Source of the DNA: Candidatus Woesearchaeota archaeon
GTDB taxonomy: Archaea; Nanobdellota; Nanobdellia; Woesearchaeales; ARS49
Reading direction: 5' to 3'
NCBI GenBank assembly: GCA_037445145.1
Contig: JBBILB010000001.1
Coordinates: 36,637-100,636 of the forward strand
DNA: 64,000 nt
In this document: positions 1-9,599 of the stretch, in pieces
Layout of the letters: the number at the start of each line of letters is the position of its first letter
How positions within the stretch are numbered: position 1 is the first letter of the stretch
The notes under the pieces: generated by a model
Database searches by the model: none
Seen by the model: the letters and a program-made list of their open reading frames with translations, nothing else
What the model was told of the DNA's origin: nothing
Position numbers and translations under genes: made by a program

Positions 1-186
1 ATGCAAATTGATGGAAGGGAAGAGCAGTTCCAGACAAATGCGGATATAAATGCAATGTATGTTGCAGAGCTTGATTATTTCATAAATGCCCTGAAGAACA
101 AGGAAAGAATGATGAATCCAATAAGTGAGGCAGCAAAAACACTGCAGCACGCGCTTGCATTAAGGGATGCTGGGGTGGCAGAATGA
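1..186 (+). CDS. C-terminal fragment of a Gfo/Idh/MocA-family oxidoreductase (gene starts before the window)
   Basis: ORF open at the window edge; ends MYVAELDYFINAL...EAAKTL, typical of Gfo/Idh/MocA C-termini; ATGA overlap with the next gene. Confidence 0.6.
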   Translation: MQIDGREEQFQTNADINAMYVAELDYFINALKNKERMMNPISEAAKTLQHALALRDAGVAE

Positions 187-932
187 TAATCGGCGCAATA
201 ATCCAGGCAAGGATGGCAAGCACGCGCCTGCCAGGAAAGGTTTTGCTTCCATTAAAAGGAATGCCAATGCTCCAGTTCCAGATAGAGCGCCTGAAAAAGA
301 GCAAAATGCTCAATAGCATAGGGATTGCCACAAGCAAAAACCCTGAAAACAAGGCAATCATTGAACTCGCAAACAAGATGGGCATTCCTGTTTTTGCAGG
401 AAGTGAAAAAGACGTGCTTGACAGGTATTATCAGGCTGCAAAACAGTTTGGGTTTGATGTTATTGTTCGCATTACAGGTGACTGCCCGCTTGCAGACCCT
501 GCAATTGTTGACAGCGTCATAAAGCGATTCCTTGAAGACAAGGTAGATTACTCCAATAACATTGACCCTCCGACATTCCCTGACGGTTTTGATGTTGAGG
601 TTTTCACTTTTGCAGCCCTTGAAAAGGCATGGAAGGAATCAACAGCCCAGCACCACAGGGAGCACGTTACGGCATTTATTCGTGAAACAGAGGGATTCAA
701 AAAAACGTATGTCCAAAATCCTATCGACCTGTCAAAGCTCAGGCTTACTGTTGACAACAAGGAAGACTTTGAAATAATTTTAAGTCTTGTAAGCTTCTTG
801 CCTGACAATTTTTCCTTGCAGGACGTGCTGAAAGCTCTTGAGGAACACCCTGAGCTGAAAGAGATTAATGCTCGATTTGTTCGTGATGAAAAGTACTGGT
901 CTCAAGTAAGGGAATGGAGGAACAAAAAATGA
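183..932 (+). CDS. spsF: SpsF-like cytidylyltransferase (surface polysaccharide / nonulosonate-type sugar activation)
   Basis: IIQARMASTRLPGKVL, GSEKDVLDRY, VRITGDCPL, REHVT and RLTVD motifs. Confidence 0.88.
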   Translation: MIIGAIIQARMASTRLPGKVLLPLKGMPMLQFQIERLKKSKMLNSIGIATSKNPENKAIIELANKMGIPVFAGSEKDVLDRYYQAAKQFGFDVIVRITGDCPLADPAIVDSVIKRFLEDKVDYSNNIDPPTFPDGFDVEVFTFAALEKAWKESTAQHHREHVTAFIRETEGFKKTYVQNPIDLSKLRLTVDNKEDFEIILSLVSFLPDNFSLQDVLKALEEHPELKEINARFVRDEKYWSQVREWRNKK

Positions 933-2206
933 AGCTTCAGAAGTCGCAGGAATTCCTGAAAAAGGCAAAAGAGCTGATTCCGTGCCAAGCGCAAACCCTC
1001 AGCAAGAACTGGACTCAGTTTGTCCAAGGTGTCTGCCCTGTTTTTTTGCAAAAAGGAAAAGGAAGCCATGTATGGGATGTTGACGGCAATGAATTCATTG
1101 ATTTCATAACAGGACTTGGTGCAATTATTCTTGGCTACAATTATGAGCCAATAAACAATGCAATAACACAGCAAATGAATGAAGGAATATCATTCTCATT
1201 GCCGCACCCGCTTGAGGTTGAGCTCGCAGAGGAGCTGAAAAAAATAATTCCTTGCGCTGAAATGGTCAGGTATGGCAAGAACGGCTCTGACGCAACAGCC
1301 GCGTGCGTGAGGATTGCTCGCGCTTACACAAACCGCGAAAAAATAGCCTGCTGCGGCTATCACGGCTGGCAGGACTGGTACATTACCACCACATCGCGCA
1401 AAAAAGGGGTGCCAAAAGCAATGGACTCCTTGATTTTCACTTTTGAATACAACAAGATTGAGACCTTGAAAAAGATTTTTGCAGACCACCCGGGACAGAT
1501 TGCCGCAGTAATAATGGAACCAATGGGTGTTGAGATGCCATTGCCCGGGTTTTTGGAGCAGGTGCGCGACATTGCCCACCAGAACGGCGCTCTTCTGATA
1601 TTTGACGAGGTAGTGACTGGCTTCAGGGCAGCTCTTGGCGGAGCACAGGAATACTTCAAGGTTGTGCCAGACCTTGCTGCATTTGGAAAGGCATTGGGAA
1701 ATGGCATGCCTATTTCTGTTGTGGCGGGCAAAAAGGAAATTATGAAAGCCTGTGAGGATGTTTTTTTCTCGCTCACTGCTGGCGGTGAAACATTGTCGCT
1801 TGCAGCAGCTAAGGCAACAATCAGGGAAATGAAGGAAAAGAACGTAATCCAGCACATTTGGGCAATGGGCCAGCGCCTGAAGGATGGAGTCATTGCCGCA
1901 ATAAAGGAAAATGATCTCCCAATTGAATGCAAGGGCCTGCCAGTGCATTTTGTGCTGGCATGCAAGGACGCGAGCGGCCAGGAATCATTGGAACTAAAGA
2001 GCCTTTTGATTCAGGAAATGGCAAAGCGCGGCATTTTGATGGGCGGTTATTTCAACACGTGCTATTCGCATTCGCCTGAAGACATAGAAAAAGCACTCAA
2101 GGCAGTCAGGGAGACATTTGCAATAATGAAAAAGGCATTGTCAGAAGGCAACATCAAGAAATATCTTGAGGGTCCTGCTGTCCAGCCTGTTTTCAGGAGG
2201 CTGTGA
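929..2206 (+). CDS. Class-III PLP aminotransferase (glutamate-1-semialdehyde aminomutase-like), probably sugar-modifying
   Basis: WDVDGNEFID, KNGSDA, GYHGW, LIFDEVVTGFR and FGKALGNG (PLP lysine). Start placed at ATG 929 (GGAGG upstream, ATGA overlap). Confidence 0.85.
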   Translation: MKLQKSQEFLKKAKELIPCQAQTLSKNWTQFVQGVCPVFLQKGKGSHVWDVDGNEFIDFITGLGAIILGYNYEPINNAITQQMNEGISFSLPHPLEVELAEELKKIIPCAEMVRYGKNGSDATAACVRIARAYTNREKIACCGYHGWQDWYITTTSRKKGVPKAMDSLIFTFEYNKIETLKKIFADHPGQIAAVIMEPMGVEMPLPGFLEQVRDIAHQNGALLIFDEVVTGFRAALGGAQEYFKVVPDLAAFGKALGNGMPISVVAGKKEIMKACEDVFFSLTAGGETLSLAAAKATIREMKEKNVIQHIWAMGQRLKDGVIAAIKENDLPIECKGLPVHFVLACKDASGQESLELKSLLIQEMAKRGILMGGYFNTCYSHSPEDIEKALKAVRETFAIMKKALSEGNIKKYLEGPAVQPVFRRL

Positions 2207-3319
2207 TTATTTCAACCCTGCCTGTTCCCTTAGAACGTTTATTCCTGCCCTTGCACTTTCAAATGCGTGAGTCCGGTCTTCAAGGAACAGATAGACTGTT
2301 TTTCCTTCCTGTGCTGCGGATATCGCGAGCGCGTGCGCAATTTCCTCTGCATCGCGCGCACACCTGAAACTGCATTCTGTTTCTTTGCCTGTTTCAATCG
2401 CGCAAATCAGGCTTTGAAGCCCTTCGATCACGAATTCACGAGGCGCGTCTATTTTCAATTCTGGCGGAATGCGGTCAACCCTGAAAGGATGAGTCTCGTA
2501 GCCCTGGAACACCCTTGATGGAAGCATTTCCTCGTATTCGATGCGCCAGCCGTTTTCCTTTATGCTGATGCGTGCTTTTGAGCCTGTGAATTCAAGCTCG
2601 TAAATGTATGTGTTGTTTTCCTCCTTTCCCCTGCCTGTCGCAAGAACCTGGACAGATACGTCCCTGTTTTGGGGCGCGAAGTGGTAGCGTATCACTCCGT
2701 CCACGTTTGGGTCAGACCTCGTGGAGAGGTTTGAGATTGGTGAAACAATGCCTGAAACAGAAACTGCCTTGTCAAACAGCTTTGAAAGCAGTGCTGTCGT
2801 GTGCGGGAAAACCGACATTATGCCTCCGCAGTATGTTGTGCGCACTGCCTGCAGGTTTCCTATTCCGCCATTGCGCACGTAATTAAGTATTGAGCGGTGG
2901 CAGGCATCATAATTCCTCAAATAATTCACCTGCATTTTTGTGCCTGATTTTTTCTCAAGCCCTTCAAGCTCGTCAGCCTCTTTAAGCGACAGCACAAGCG
3001 GTTTTTCGCAATAAAATCCCATCACGCCTTTCGCAGCAGCCAGTTCTGCAGCTTCATAATTCACTTTTGGTCCTGCGGCGCAGCAGACAATGTCGGGCTC
3101 CTGCTCGTCAATCATTTGTTTGAAATCCGTGTAAAAGCTGGTGTTGAGTTGTTTTGCCCATTTTGCCTTTGCCGCATCAACATCTGCAATTGCGGCAAGC
3201 TTGGTCCGAGGGTTCTTCAGTATCGCTCCTGCAAAGCTGTAAGTGAAAGGCAAAGGCTCTTCTATGTTGGTCACTCCCATTGGACCGCACCCAATCACCA
3301 CGCACCTGTATTCTCTCAT
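2207..3319 (-). CDS. Gfo/Idh/MocA-family NAD(P)-dependent oxidoreductase
   Basis: VIGCGPMG Rossmann motif, CEKP motif, VNYLR. Confidence 0.85.
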   Translation of the reverse strand: MREYRCVVIGCGPMGVTNIEEPLPFTYSFAGAILKNPRTKLAAIADVDAAKAKWAKQLNTSFYTDFKQMIDEQEPDIVCCAAGPKVNYEAAELAAAKGVMGFYCEKPLVLSLKEADELEGLEKKSGTKMQVNYLRNYDACHRSILNYVRNGGIGNLQAVRTTYCGGIMSVFPHTTALLSKLFDKAVSVSGIVSPISNLSTRSDPNVDGVIRYHFAPQNRDVSVQVLATGRGKEENNTYIYELEFTGSKARISIKENGWRIEYEEMLPSRVFQGYETHPFRVDRIPPELKIDAPREFVIEGLQSLICAIETGKETECSFRCARDAEEIAHALAISAAQEGKTVYLFLEDRTHAFESARAGINVLREQAGLK

Positions 3320-3394
3320 TGTTTCAAAAACAGTCAGGCGTTTTATAAATCTTCACCACAAAATTTAAAAGCCCTGTTTCAAAAGGTTTTCGTC

Positions 3395-5137
3395 GTGGAA
3401 GAAGAACAGAAGGAAGGGGGAGGAAAAGGCTGGCCCGGGCAGGTAAAAGCGGCAATAGCTGCCGTGGCGGTCTATCTTGCCATTGCTTTCTCGCTTTACA
3501 TAAAGCTCAAGCACCTTCCTGGCCCTTATTATGGCGGTGACCTTTATGCGCATCATGGGTTTGCAATAAACTACATTGCGAATGGCTTTTGGACAGACCC
3601 TTATTTTATCAACAATTACGCGTTTTATCCTTGGCTTGGTAATTACTTGTTCATTGCCTTGAGCTTATTGCCGGGCTTTACGCTGATGAAGGCTGAAATT
3701 TTTGTTGGTTTGCTCACGACAGCGCTCTCGGCAATCGCGTTTTATTTCCTTGGCTGGATTTTGTTCAAGAACCATACGTGGTCATTGGCATTCATGCTTT
3801 TGTCGCTGGCAACAAGGGCTATTCCTGATGGCGCGCCAAACCTTGTTCCTTTAATGATTACCATTCCTTTATGGTTTGCATTCTGGCTTAAGGCGGAGGA
3901 AACAAACAAGCTCAGGGACAAATTGCTTTCAGGATTGTTCATGGGTCTCACAAGCCTTGCCCATGTTGCTTTTTTCCTCGCAGCAATGTTTGTTTTTGTT
4001 TTCACAATCATAGTTGAAACATTAAGGCAGAAGGAAAAGAAAAAAGCATGTGTCGCGGCGCTAAAGATGTACCTCCCGATGCTTTTGGCGGGCTTTATTG
4101 TCTCATTATTGTTTTATGGACCAATAATCGTGCATTATCACGCAAAGACACTCAACCCATTATTCCAGTACAACGGTCCTGACATTGACACGCTGGGTCT
4201 TGGCTGGGCTCTCAGGACGCTTTATGCATACTCATTCAGCTTTTCTTCTGTTGCGGCAGCAGTGCTTAGCATACTCACTGGCATTGGAATGATAGTTTGC
4301 ATAATGAACTGGGGCAAAAAGACTGCCCGGTACGCAATCTTGTGGTATGTTGGTGGCTTCCTTGCCCCATTGCACCACCTTTTGACTAAGCCGTTGCTCG
4401 ACAGGTGGGTTTTGCCTTCGCACATGTGGGGAATCTGGCTCTCGCTGTTCATCTTTGCAGTGTATGGCATAATAACAGTACTGCGGTTTGCGGAAAAAAA
4501 GTGGAATCAGGCGCCGAAAATCATTGCTGTTGGCGTGCTTATCCTTGTAGCAGCCCTTTTTGTCCAGCGCTATGATGAGTATAACGTAAATCCTTGGGTG
4601 CAGTTTGGCGAGCGGCTTGATTCCTCAACGCAGGCATGGCTCTCGCTTGGAAAATGGATGCAGGAGCAAACTAGTCCGAATGCTGTTGTGCTTACAGGAG
4701 ACGAGACTTGTTTTGCAATGAACGGCGTTAGCGGAAGAAAGTGCGTTTTCGTGAGGAGGACCCATGCAAACTATTTTGTTGATGTTGAGCAGAGGTATGC
4801 GGACGGCGTTGTCCTGCTTTACGGCAACAACAGCGAGCTTACAAGAAAATTGCTTGATGATTACCAAGTTGATTATTTCCTGCTTGATTCTTATTATATG
4901 CCCCGCGCCCAGATTTTTGTTGAGCCTCGCTTTGAGGAGTACCTTAAGGAAAACAATGTGACTTACTCAAAGATAAGGGAGCGGAAGGACATTGCCACAC
5001 CGAACGCAAAGGTTTTTGACCTTCTTGCAGTGCCGTTCCAGCCGATGAACAGGCATCTTGAGCCTCTTCTGAGCCCTGCTGCAGAATTTAAGGTGGACGG
5101 CCAGACTTACCTGCAGTTGTTCAGGGTAAACAGGTAA
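3395..5137 (+). CDS. Polytopic membrane protein, probable GT-C (lipid-phosphosugar-dependent) glycosyltransferase
   Basis: About 12 hydrophobic segments, N-terminal loop GGDLYAH, soluble C-terminal domain with the W..EQT...AVV and YQVDYFLL pattern. Start placed at in-frame GTG 3395 downstream of TTTAAAA. Confidence 0.6.
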   Translation: MEEEQKEGGGKGWPGQVKAAIAAVAVYLAIAFSLYIKLKHLPGPYYGGDLYAHHGFAINYIANGFWTDPYFINNYAFYPWLGNYLFIALSLLPGFTLMKAEIFVGLLTTALSAIAFYFLGWILFKNHTWSLAFMLLSLATRAIPDGAPNLVPLMITIPLWFAFWLKAEETNKLRDKLLSGLFMGLTSLAHVAFFLAAMFVFVFTIIVETLRQKEKKKACVAALKMYLPMLLAGFIVSLLFYGPIIVHYHAKTLNPLFQYNGPDIDTLGLGWALRTLYAYSFSFSSVAAAVLSILTGIGMIVCIMNWGKKTARYAILWYVGGFLAPLHHLLTKPLLDRWVLPSHMWGIWLSLFIFAVYGIITVLRFAEKKWNQAPKIIAVGVLILVAALFVQRYDEYNVNPWVQFGERLDSSTQAWLSLGKWMQEQTSPNAVVLTGDETCFAMNGVSGRKCVFVRRTHANYFVDVEQRYADGVVLLYGNNSELTRKLLDDYQVDYFLLDSYYMPRAQIFVEPRFEEYLKENNVTYSKIRERKDIATPNAKVFDLLAVPFQPMNRHLEPLLSPAAEFKVDGQTYLQLFRVNR

Positions 5138-5231
5138 TCCACAACTAGCGGACAAACTGCGGTTTGTCCATGTTTCGCTTCACTCAGCGCAACCTTTAAA
5201 AGACGCCCGCAATGTCCATCAAAATAGTATT

Positions 5232-6278
5232 ATGAAACAGAAACAAATTACATTCCTTATCACTGGCGGTGCAGGCTTTCTTGGCCACAACCTTGCGCGT
5301 TTTTTGCTGAAAAAGGGCTGCGGGGTGCGCACGATTGACCTTGGGCCTTTTGATTATCCTGACATAAAGGGTGTCCTGCACTTTCAGGGTGACATAAGGG
5401 ACAAAGACACTCTGAGAAAGGCTGCAATGGGTGCTGACATAATTGTGCATGCTGCTGCAGCGCTGCCGCTTTGGAAGCCTGCGGAGATAAGGTCTGCCAA
5501 CATTAATGGCACAAAGGTTGTTTTTGAGGTTGCTGAGGAGCTTGGGGTTGAGCGTGTTGTTTACATATCAACAACTGCTGTTTATGGCATTCCTGACCAT
5601 CACCCGCTGTATGAGACTGATAAAATGCAGGGGGTCGGCCCTTATGGTGAGAGTAAGGTGATTGCCGAGAGGATTGCTGCGTCATATAGGAACAGGATGT
5701 GTGTTCCAATACTCAGGCCAAAGTCATTCATTGGCGCAGGAAGATTGGGTGTTTTCGATGTCTTGTTTGACTGGGTCAGGAGGGGAAAGAACATTCCTAT
5801 CGTTGGCTGGGGGAATAACCTTTACCAGCTTTTGCACGTTGAGGACTTGAACGAGGCAATATGGCTTGCCTCAACAAAGCCTGCCAAGATTGCAAATGAT
5901 ACTTTTAACATTGGCGCTGAAAAGTTCAGCACTATGAAAAAGGATTATCAGGCGCTGCTCAATTATGCAGGCTTTAGGAGGCGCGTGGTTGGCACTCCAT
6001 CTTGGCTTGTCATTAACATTTTGAAAATATTTGAGGCATTGCACATTTCGCCTTTGTACAAATGGGTTTATGAGACAGCTGACAAGGATTCTTTTGTTTC
6101 TATAGAAAAGGCAAAGAAAGTGCTTGGCTGGAAGCCGAAGTACAGCAATGTTGACGCATTAATCGACAGTTACAATTGGTATTTGCAGCACTACAAAGAA
6201 TACCGGGGCAAGACAGGAGTCACCCACAGGGTTCCATGGAAGCAGGGAATACTAGCCATCATAAGATTGTTTTTCTGA
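5232..6278 (+). CDS. NAD-dependent epimerase/dehydratase (extended SDR)
   Basis: TGGAGFLG, HAAA, STTAVYG, YGESK (YxxxK). Confidence 0.9.
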   Translation: MKQKQITFLITGGAGFLGHNLARFLLKKGCGVRTIDLGPFDYPDIKGVLHFQGDIRDKDTLRKAAMGADIIVHAAAALPLWKPAEIRSANINGTKVVFEVAEELGVERVVYISTTAVYGIPDHHPLYETDKMQGVGPYGESKVIAERIAASYRNRMCVPILRPKSFIGAGRLGVFDVLFDWVRRGKNIPIVGWGNNLYQLLHVEDLNEAIWLASTKPAKIANDTFNIGAEKFSTMKKDYQALLNYAGFRRRVVGTPSWLVINILKIFEALHISPLYKWVYETADKDSFVSIEKAKKVLGWKPKYSNVDALIDSYNWYLQHYKEYRGKTGVTHRVPWKQGILAIIRLFF

Positions 6279-6298
6279 GCAGATATTTTGTTTATTTA

Positions 6299-6376
6299 TT
6301 CCGAGCGACTGAGTGAGGCTCAAGCTTGCGGAGAGCCGAACTCGGAGCGAGTGTCTCTATGCGAGCGAAGCGAGCT
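6299..6376. repeat. Dispersed intergenic repeat, copy 1 (GAGCGA-rich, REP/MITE-like)
   Basis: 6299-6336 matches 44221-44258 at 37/38 nt; followed by AGCGAGTGTC (also in copy 2) and GAGCGAAGCGAG. Confidence 0.8.
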
Positions 6377-6405
6377 GATTGGAGTCATTAACTTATAATA
6401 AAGGT

Positions 6406-7338
6406 TCAGTGCGGAGAAATCATTTCTTTCGCGTACTTTGAGCACGGTGAGTGCCAGGTTTTCCAGATACCCTCCTCAAAAGGCGTGTACCTGACTCCAA
6501 ACTCCTCGCACCAGTTTTCCACAGGGAATTCGTCGCCTGCAATCAGCGCCTTCATTTGCTCTGGCGTGAATACTGTTTTCCTGAAAACAAGGCTGTAAAC
6601 CCTGAGCAGGAACCCAAAAAGCCACAACGGCAATGGGATAAAGAGCCTTTTCCACCCTCTTGTTTTTGCAATTATCCTGAGAAGATCAATGTAATATATT
6701 CTTTCCCTGCCGATTATGTTCCACGTCTTGTTTTTTGGCTTTCTTTTTGTGAGCTCAACAATTACCATGCATAAGTCATTCACGAATAATGGTTGTCTGA
6801 TGTATTTTCCTGAGCCGGGAACCGGGATTATGGGTGTTTTTTCCATGAAGCGCGTTATCCAGCCAAGGTGTTTTGCGTCAAAGCAGCCGTACATCAACGG
6901 AGGCCTCAGCACAGTGTAAGGCACACAACTTTTCCTGACAAGCTCCTCGCCAATGCGCTTTGTGCGCGTGTATTCGTCTTTTGCAACAGAAATGACAACA
7001 GAAGAGCTCAGGTGTATCAGGTTCTTGATTTTGTATTTTTTGCACGCGTCAAGAACATTCTTCACCCCTTCAACGTTGCTTCTCTCAAAGGGTTTTGCTG
7101 TCTGGGCCGCAATTTGGGCATGAAGCTCTATGACGCAATCAACGCCATGGAATTCCTCCTGCCACTTTCCGGGATAGCTGACGTCTGTCCGAATGCAATT
7201 CACGCTTGGATTAAGCTTTTTGAGGAGTTCAATGTTTTTGTTCCTGTCAATTGCAGTGACTTGATAACCCTCTTTTACGAGCATCGGGATAAGGTTTTGC
7301 CCAACCAGTCCTGCTGCTCCCGTAACAATGATTTTCAT
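6406..7338 (-). CDS. NAD-dependent epimerase/dehydratase (SDR)
   Basis: TGAAGLVG, YTRTK (YxxxK), LRPPLMYG. Confidence 0.88.
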   Translation of the reverse strand: MKIIVTGAAGLVGQNLIPMLVKEGYQVTAIDRNKNIELLKKLNPSVNCIRTDVSYPGKWQEEFHGVDCVIELHAQIAAQTAKPFERSNVEGVKNVLDACKKYKIKNLIHLSSSVVISVAKDEYTRTKRIGEELVRKSCVPYTVLRPPLMYGCFDAKHLGWITRFMEKTPIIPVPGSGKYIRQPLFVNDLCMVIVELTKRKPKNKTWNIIGRERIYYIDLLRIIAKTRGWKRLFIPLPLWLFGFLLRVYSLVFRKTVFTPEQMKALIAGDEFPVENWCEEFGVRYTPFEEGIWKTWHSPCSKYAKEMISPH

Positions 7339-8606
7339 TTGAAGTCCTCAAGCACGCATCTTGCAACTTTTTCGCCACTTTCAAGCGCCACATTCATGTT
7401 CCTGATTTCTGGAAAAGTGACCTGGATTCCTGCGTTGTACAGGCCGGCCACAGGAGTCCTGTATTTTGGAGCATACTTTGCGTAATCCTTGTCATAAATC
7501 GGTTCTGCATACTTGTCCCTGAACACAAGGCAGAACTTGACTTCCATTTTCGGAAAGTATTTTCTTAATGTGGAAAGGTAAAGGTCAGTGATTTCCTCGT
7601 CCGATTTAGGCAGGTCTTCTGTGCTTCCACCATACCTGTCAACCCAGGTTATTTTTGTTTTGTATTTGTCAATCAGCAGAGAGTGCTGGTACATTACGTG
7701 CACGCGCTCGCCAAAGAAGTTTATCCAGTAGTTTTCGGGGTCAAGGAAGTCTTTTGTGCCGAAAAGTATGCCCACGACTGGTGTGTACTTGAGCTTTTTG
7801 AGATTGTCAGCGTATTCTTTTGGGAGGCCTTTCGTGAATTTCATGAATTCCTCAACAGGAATTGTGTTTATCAGGGCGTCATATACTTCTGTGTATTCTT
7901 TTCCTCCCGCCTTGTACGTTATTACTCGCTTTTGCACATCAATATGGGTTGTTTCTGCCTCTCTGATTATTTTGCCCCCTTTTCTCAGAATGTCCTGCTC
8001 AAGCCCGTCAATCAGTCCCTGTATTCCTCGTGTTGGGTAAGTGAATTTGTCATTGAATTCCCTTTCTTTCATCCTGTGCGCGAACTGCTTTGCTGAAATC
8101 ATGCTAAGGGGAATGTTGAACTTGTTCCTTGCGTAGAGCTGATAGTACATTTTTTGGGTTATGCTTCTTCCGCATGCCTTGTTCAGCCAGGTTTCTGCAT
8201 CAAGGTCATCCGGCAACTTGTCAGGGTTGAAGAAATAGGAGACGTAAAGCCCGAAAAGGCCGAACCTTATTTTTTCAACAAGGCTCAAATACTTGAACCA
8301 CAAGTATTTCCATGGCTTGTTGATGTTGTAAACCTTGTTGTTCCACGCTATTGCGAGATTGATGCGCTTCCACTTGTTGTTTCCGAGCAGGTCATAGCGC
8401 CTTAAGTACTCAAGGGTTTTTGTGTTTGTGCGGACAATGTGGTGGTTGAAAATCGGAATCTGCTCTCCGTCAACCTCAACGCTCCTTGCAAGCCCTCCAA
8501 GGAACGGCATTTTCTCAAGTATTGTCACTTCCGCCTTTCCTGAATTAAGTAGCTTGTCAGCTGCTGCAAGCCCTGAAAGCCCGCCACCTAATATCATTAC
8601 CCGCAT
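7335..8606 (-). CDS. FAD-dependent oxidoreductase (amine oxidase / protoporphyrinogen oxidase-like, glycan-cluster type)
   Basis: MRVMILGGGLSGLAAA...LEK...LGGLA FAD-binding N-terminus; C-terminal GLYNAG...ALESG. Start placed at ATG 8606. Confidence 0.8.
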   Translation of the reverse strand: MRVMILGGGLSGLAAADKLLNSGKAEVTILEKMPFLGGLARSVEVDGEQIPIFNHHIVRTNTKTLEYLRRYDLLGNNKWKRINLAIAWNNKVYNINKPWKYLWFKYLSLVEKIRFGLFGLYVSYFFNPDKLPDDLDAETWLNKACGRSITQKMYYQLYARNKFNIPLSMISAKQFAHRMKEREFNDKFTYPTRGIQGLIDGLEQDILRKGGKIIREAETTHIDVQKRVITYKAGGKEYTEVYDALINTIPVEEFMKFTKGLPKEYADNLKKLKYTPVVGILFGTKDFLDPENYWINFFGERVHVMYQHSLLIDKYKTKITWVDRYGGSTEDLPKSDEEITDLYLSTLRKYFPKMEVKFCLVFRDKYAEPIYDKDYAKYAPKYRTPVAGLYNAGIQVTFPEIRNMNVALESGEKVARCVLEDFK

Positions 8607-8697
8607 GATTCCGCCCACTTGGTAACGATTTATAAAGGTATCGTCAGCAGTTTCGCCTCCCGCAAGCTTAATAAAGCCCCCAAAAGTCGCACAAGGC

Positions 8698-9576
8698 ATG
8701 GGAATCATTGACTACATAAAGCTGTTAAGGCTGCAGCAGTGGTACAAGAACCTGCTTGTCTTCCTGCCGATTATTTTCATTGGCAGAATGTTTGAGTGGC
8801 CTCTTTTGTGGGTTACTTTTTTGGGTTTTGTAAGCCTGTGTTTGTGCTCCTCGTTCAATTACGTAATCAATGACATTGTTGACAGGAAAAAGGACAGGGC
8901 TCATCCTGAAAAGCGCACCAGGCCGATTGCCTCTGGAAGAGTGCCAATAACTGCAGGGCTCGTGATTGCCCTTGTCCTGCTCGCTCTTGGTCTGCGCTTG
9001 GCGTTTGTGCTTGACAAAACATTCTTTTTTGCAGTCGTCTTCCTTGTCGCCCTGACTTTTGTTTACTCGTTTTTCCTGAAAAAAGTGGCTTTTGCTGACA
9101 TAATCGCTGTTGCTGTCAACTTTGTTGTTCGCGCTGGCTCAGGGGCGTTTATTCTGCACGCTGCAATCTCTCCTTGGCTTGTGCTTTGCACTTTCTTTTT
9201 CGCGCTTTTCATGCTTGCGGGAAAGCGGTATGCCGACCTTGAATTCCTTGGCTCAAAGGCTGCAGAGCACAAGGAAACCCTTAAGGTTTACACAAAAGAC
9301 GTCGCGAACGCCCTGATGATTATCGCGACAGCATTGCTTGTTGCAACATACAGCGCGTACGCCCTTCTCAGTAGCCACCCTTGGCTTGCGTTCTCGCTTC
9401 CATTCGCCCTGTTCGTGATATTCCGTTATTTTTCGCTTGTCTACATCAGCTCTCCAATAGCGCGCCATCCTGAAAAGGTTTTCAGAGACTGGAAGATGGT
9501 GATAGGAATGTTTCTTTGGGCGATTGCTGTTTATGCAGCGATTTATGTCTTGCCGAAATTTGCGCAAACTTTATAA
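8698..9576 (+). CDS. UbiA-family polyprenyl-phosphate phosphoribosyltransferase (DPPR-synthase-like)
   Basis: QWYKNLLVF, YVINDIVDRKKDRAHPEKRTRPIASG, YSFFLK, GKRYADL and HKETLKVYT are signatures of the decaprenyl-phosphate phosphoribosyltransferase subfamily. Confidence 0.85.
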   Translation: MGIIDYIKLLRLQQWYKNLLVFLPIIFIGRMFEWPLLWVTFLGFVSLCLCSSFNYVINDIVDRKKDRAHPEKRTRPIASGRVPITAGLVIALVLLALGLRLAFVLDKTFFFAVVFLVALTFVYSFFLKKVAFADIIAVAVNFVVRAGSGAFILHAAISPWLVLCTFFFALFMLAGKRYADLEFLGSKAAEHKETLKVYTKDVANALMIIATALLVATYSAYALLSSHPWLAFSLPFALFVIFRYFSLVYISSPIARHPEKVFRDWKMVIGMFLWAIAVYAAIYVLPKFAQTL

Positions 9577-9599
9577 ACACCTCATCGTGATTTCTGCAC

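Noticed and set aside
929..2206. hemL (tetrapyrrole biosynthesis) assignment
   Set aside because: The fold matches, but the gene is coupled to spsF in a glycan cluster and no hem genes are nearby.
3116..3394. N-terminal 93-aa extension of the membrane-protein ORF
   Set aside because: It overlaps the divergent oxidoreductase gene and its promoter region; GTG 3395 is the more plausible start.
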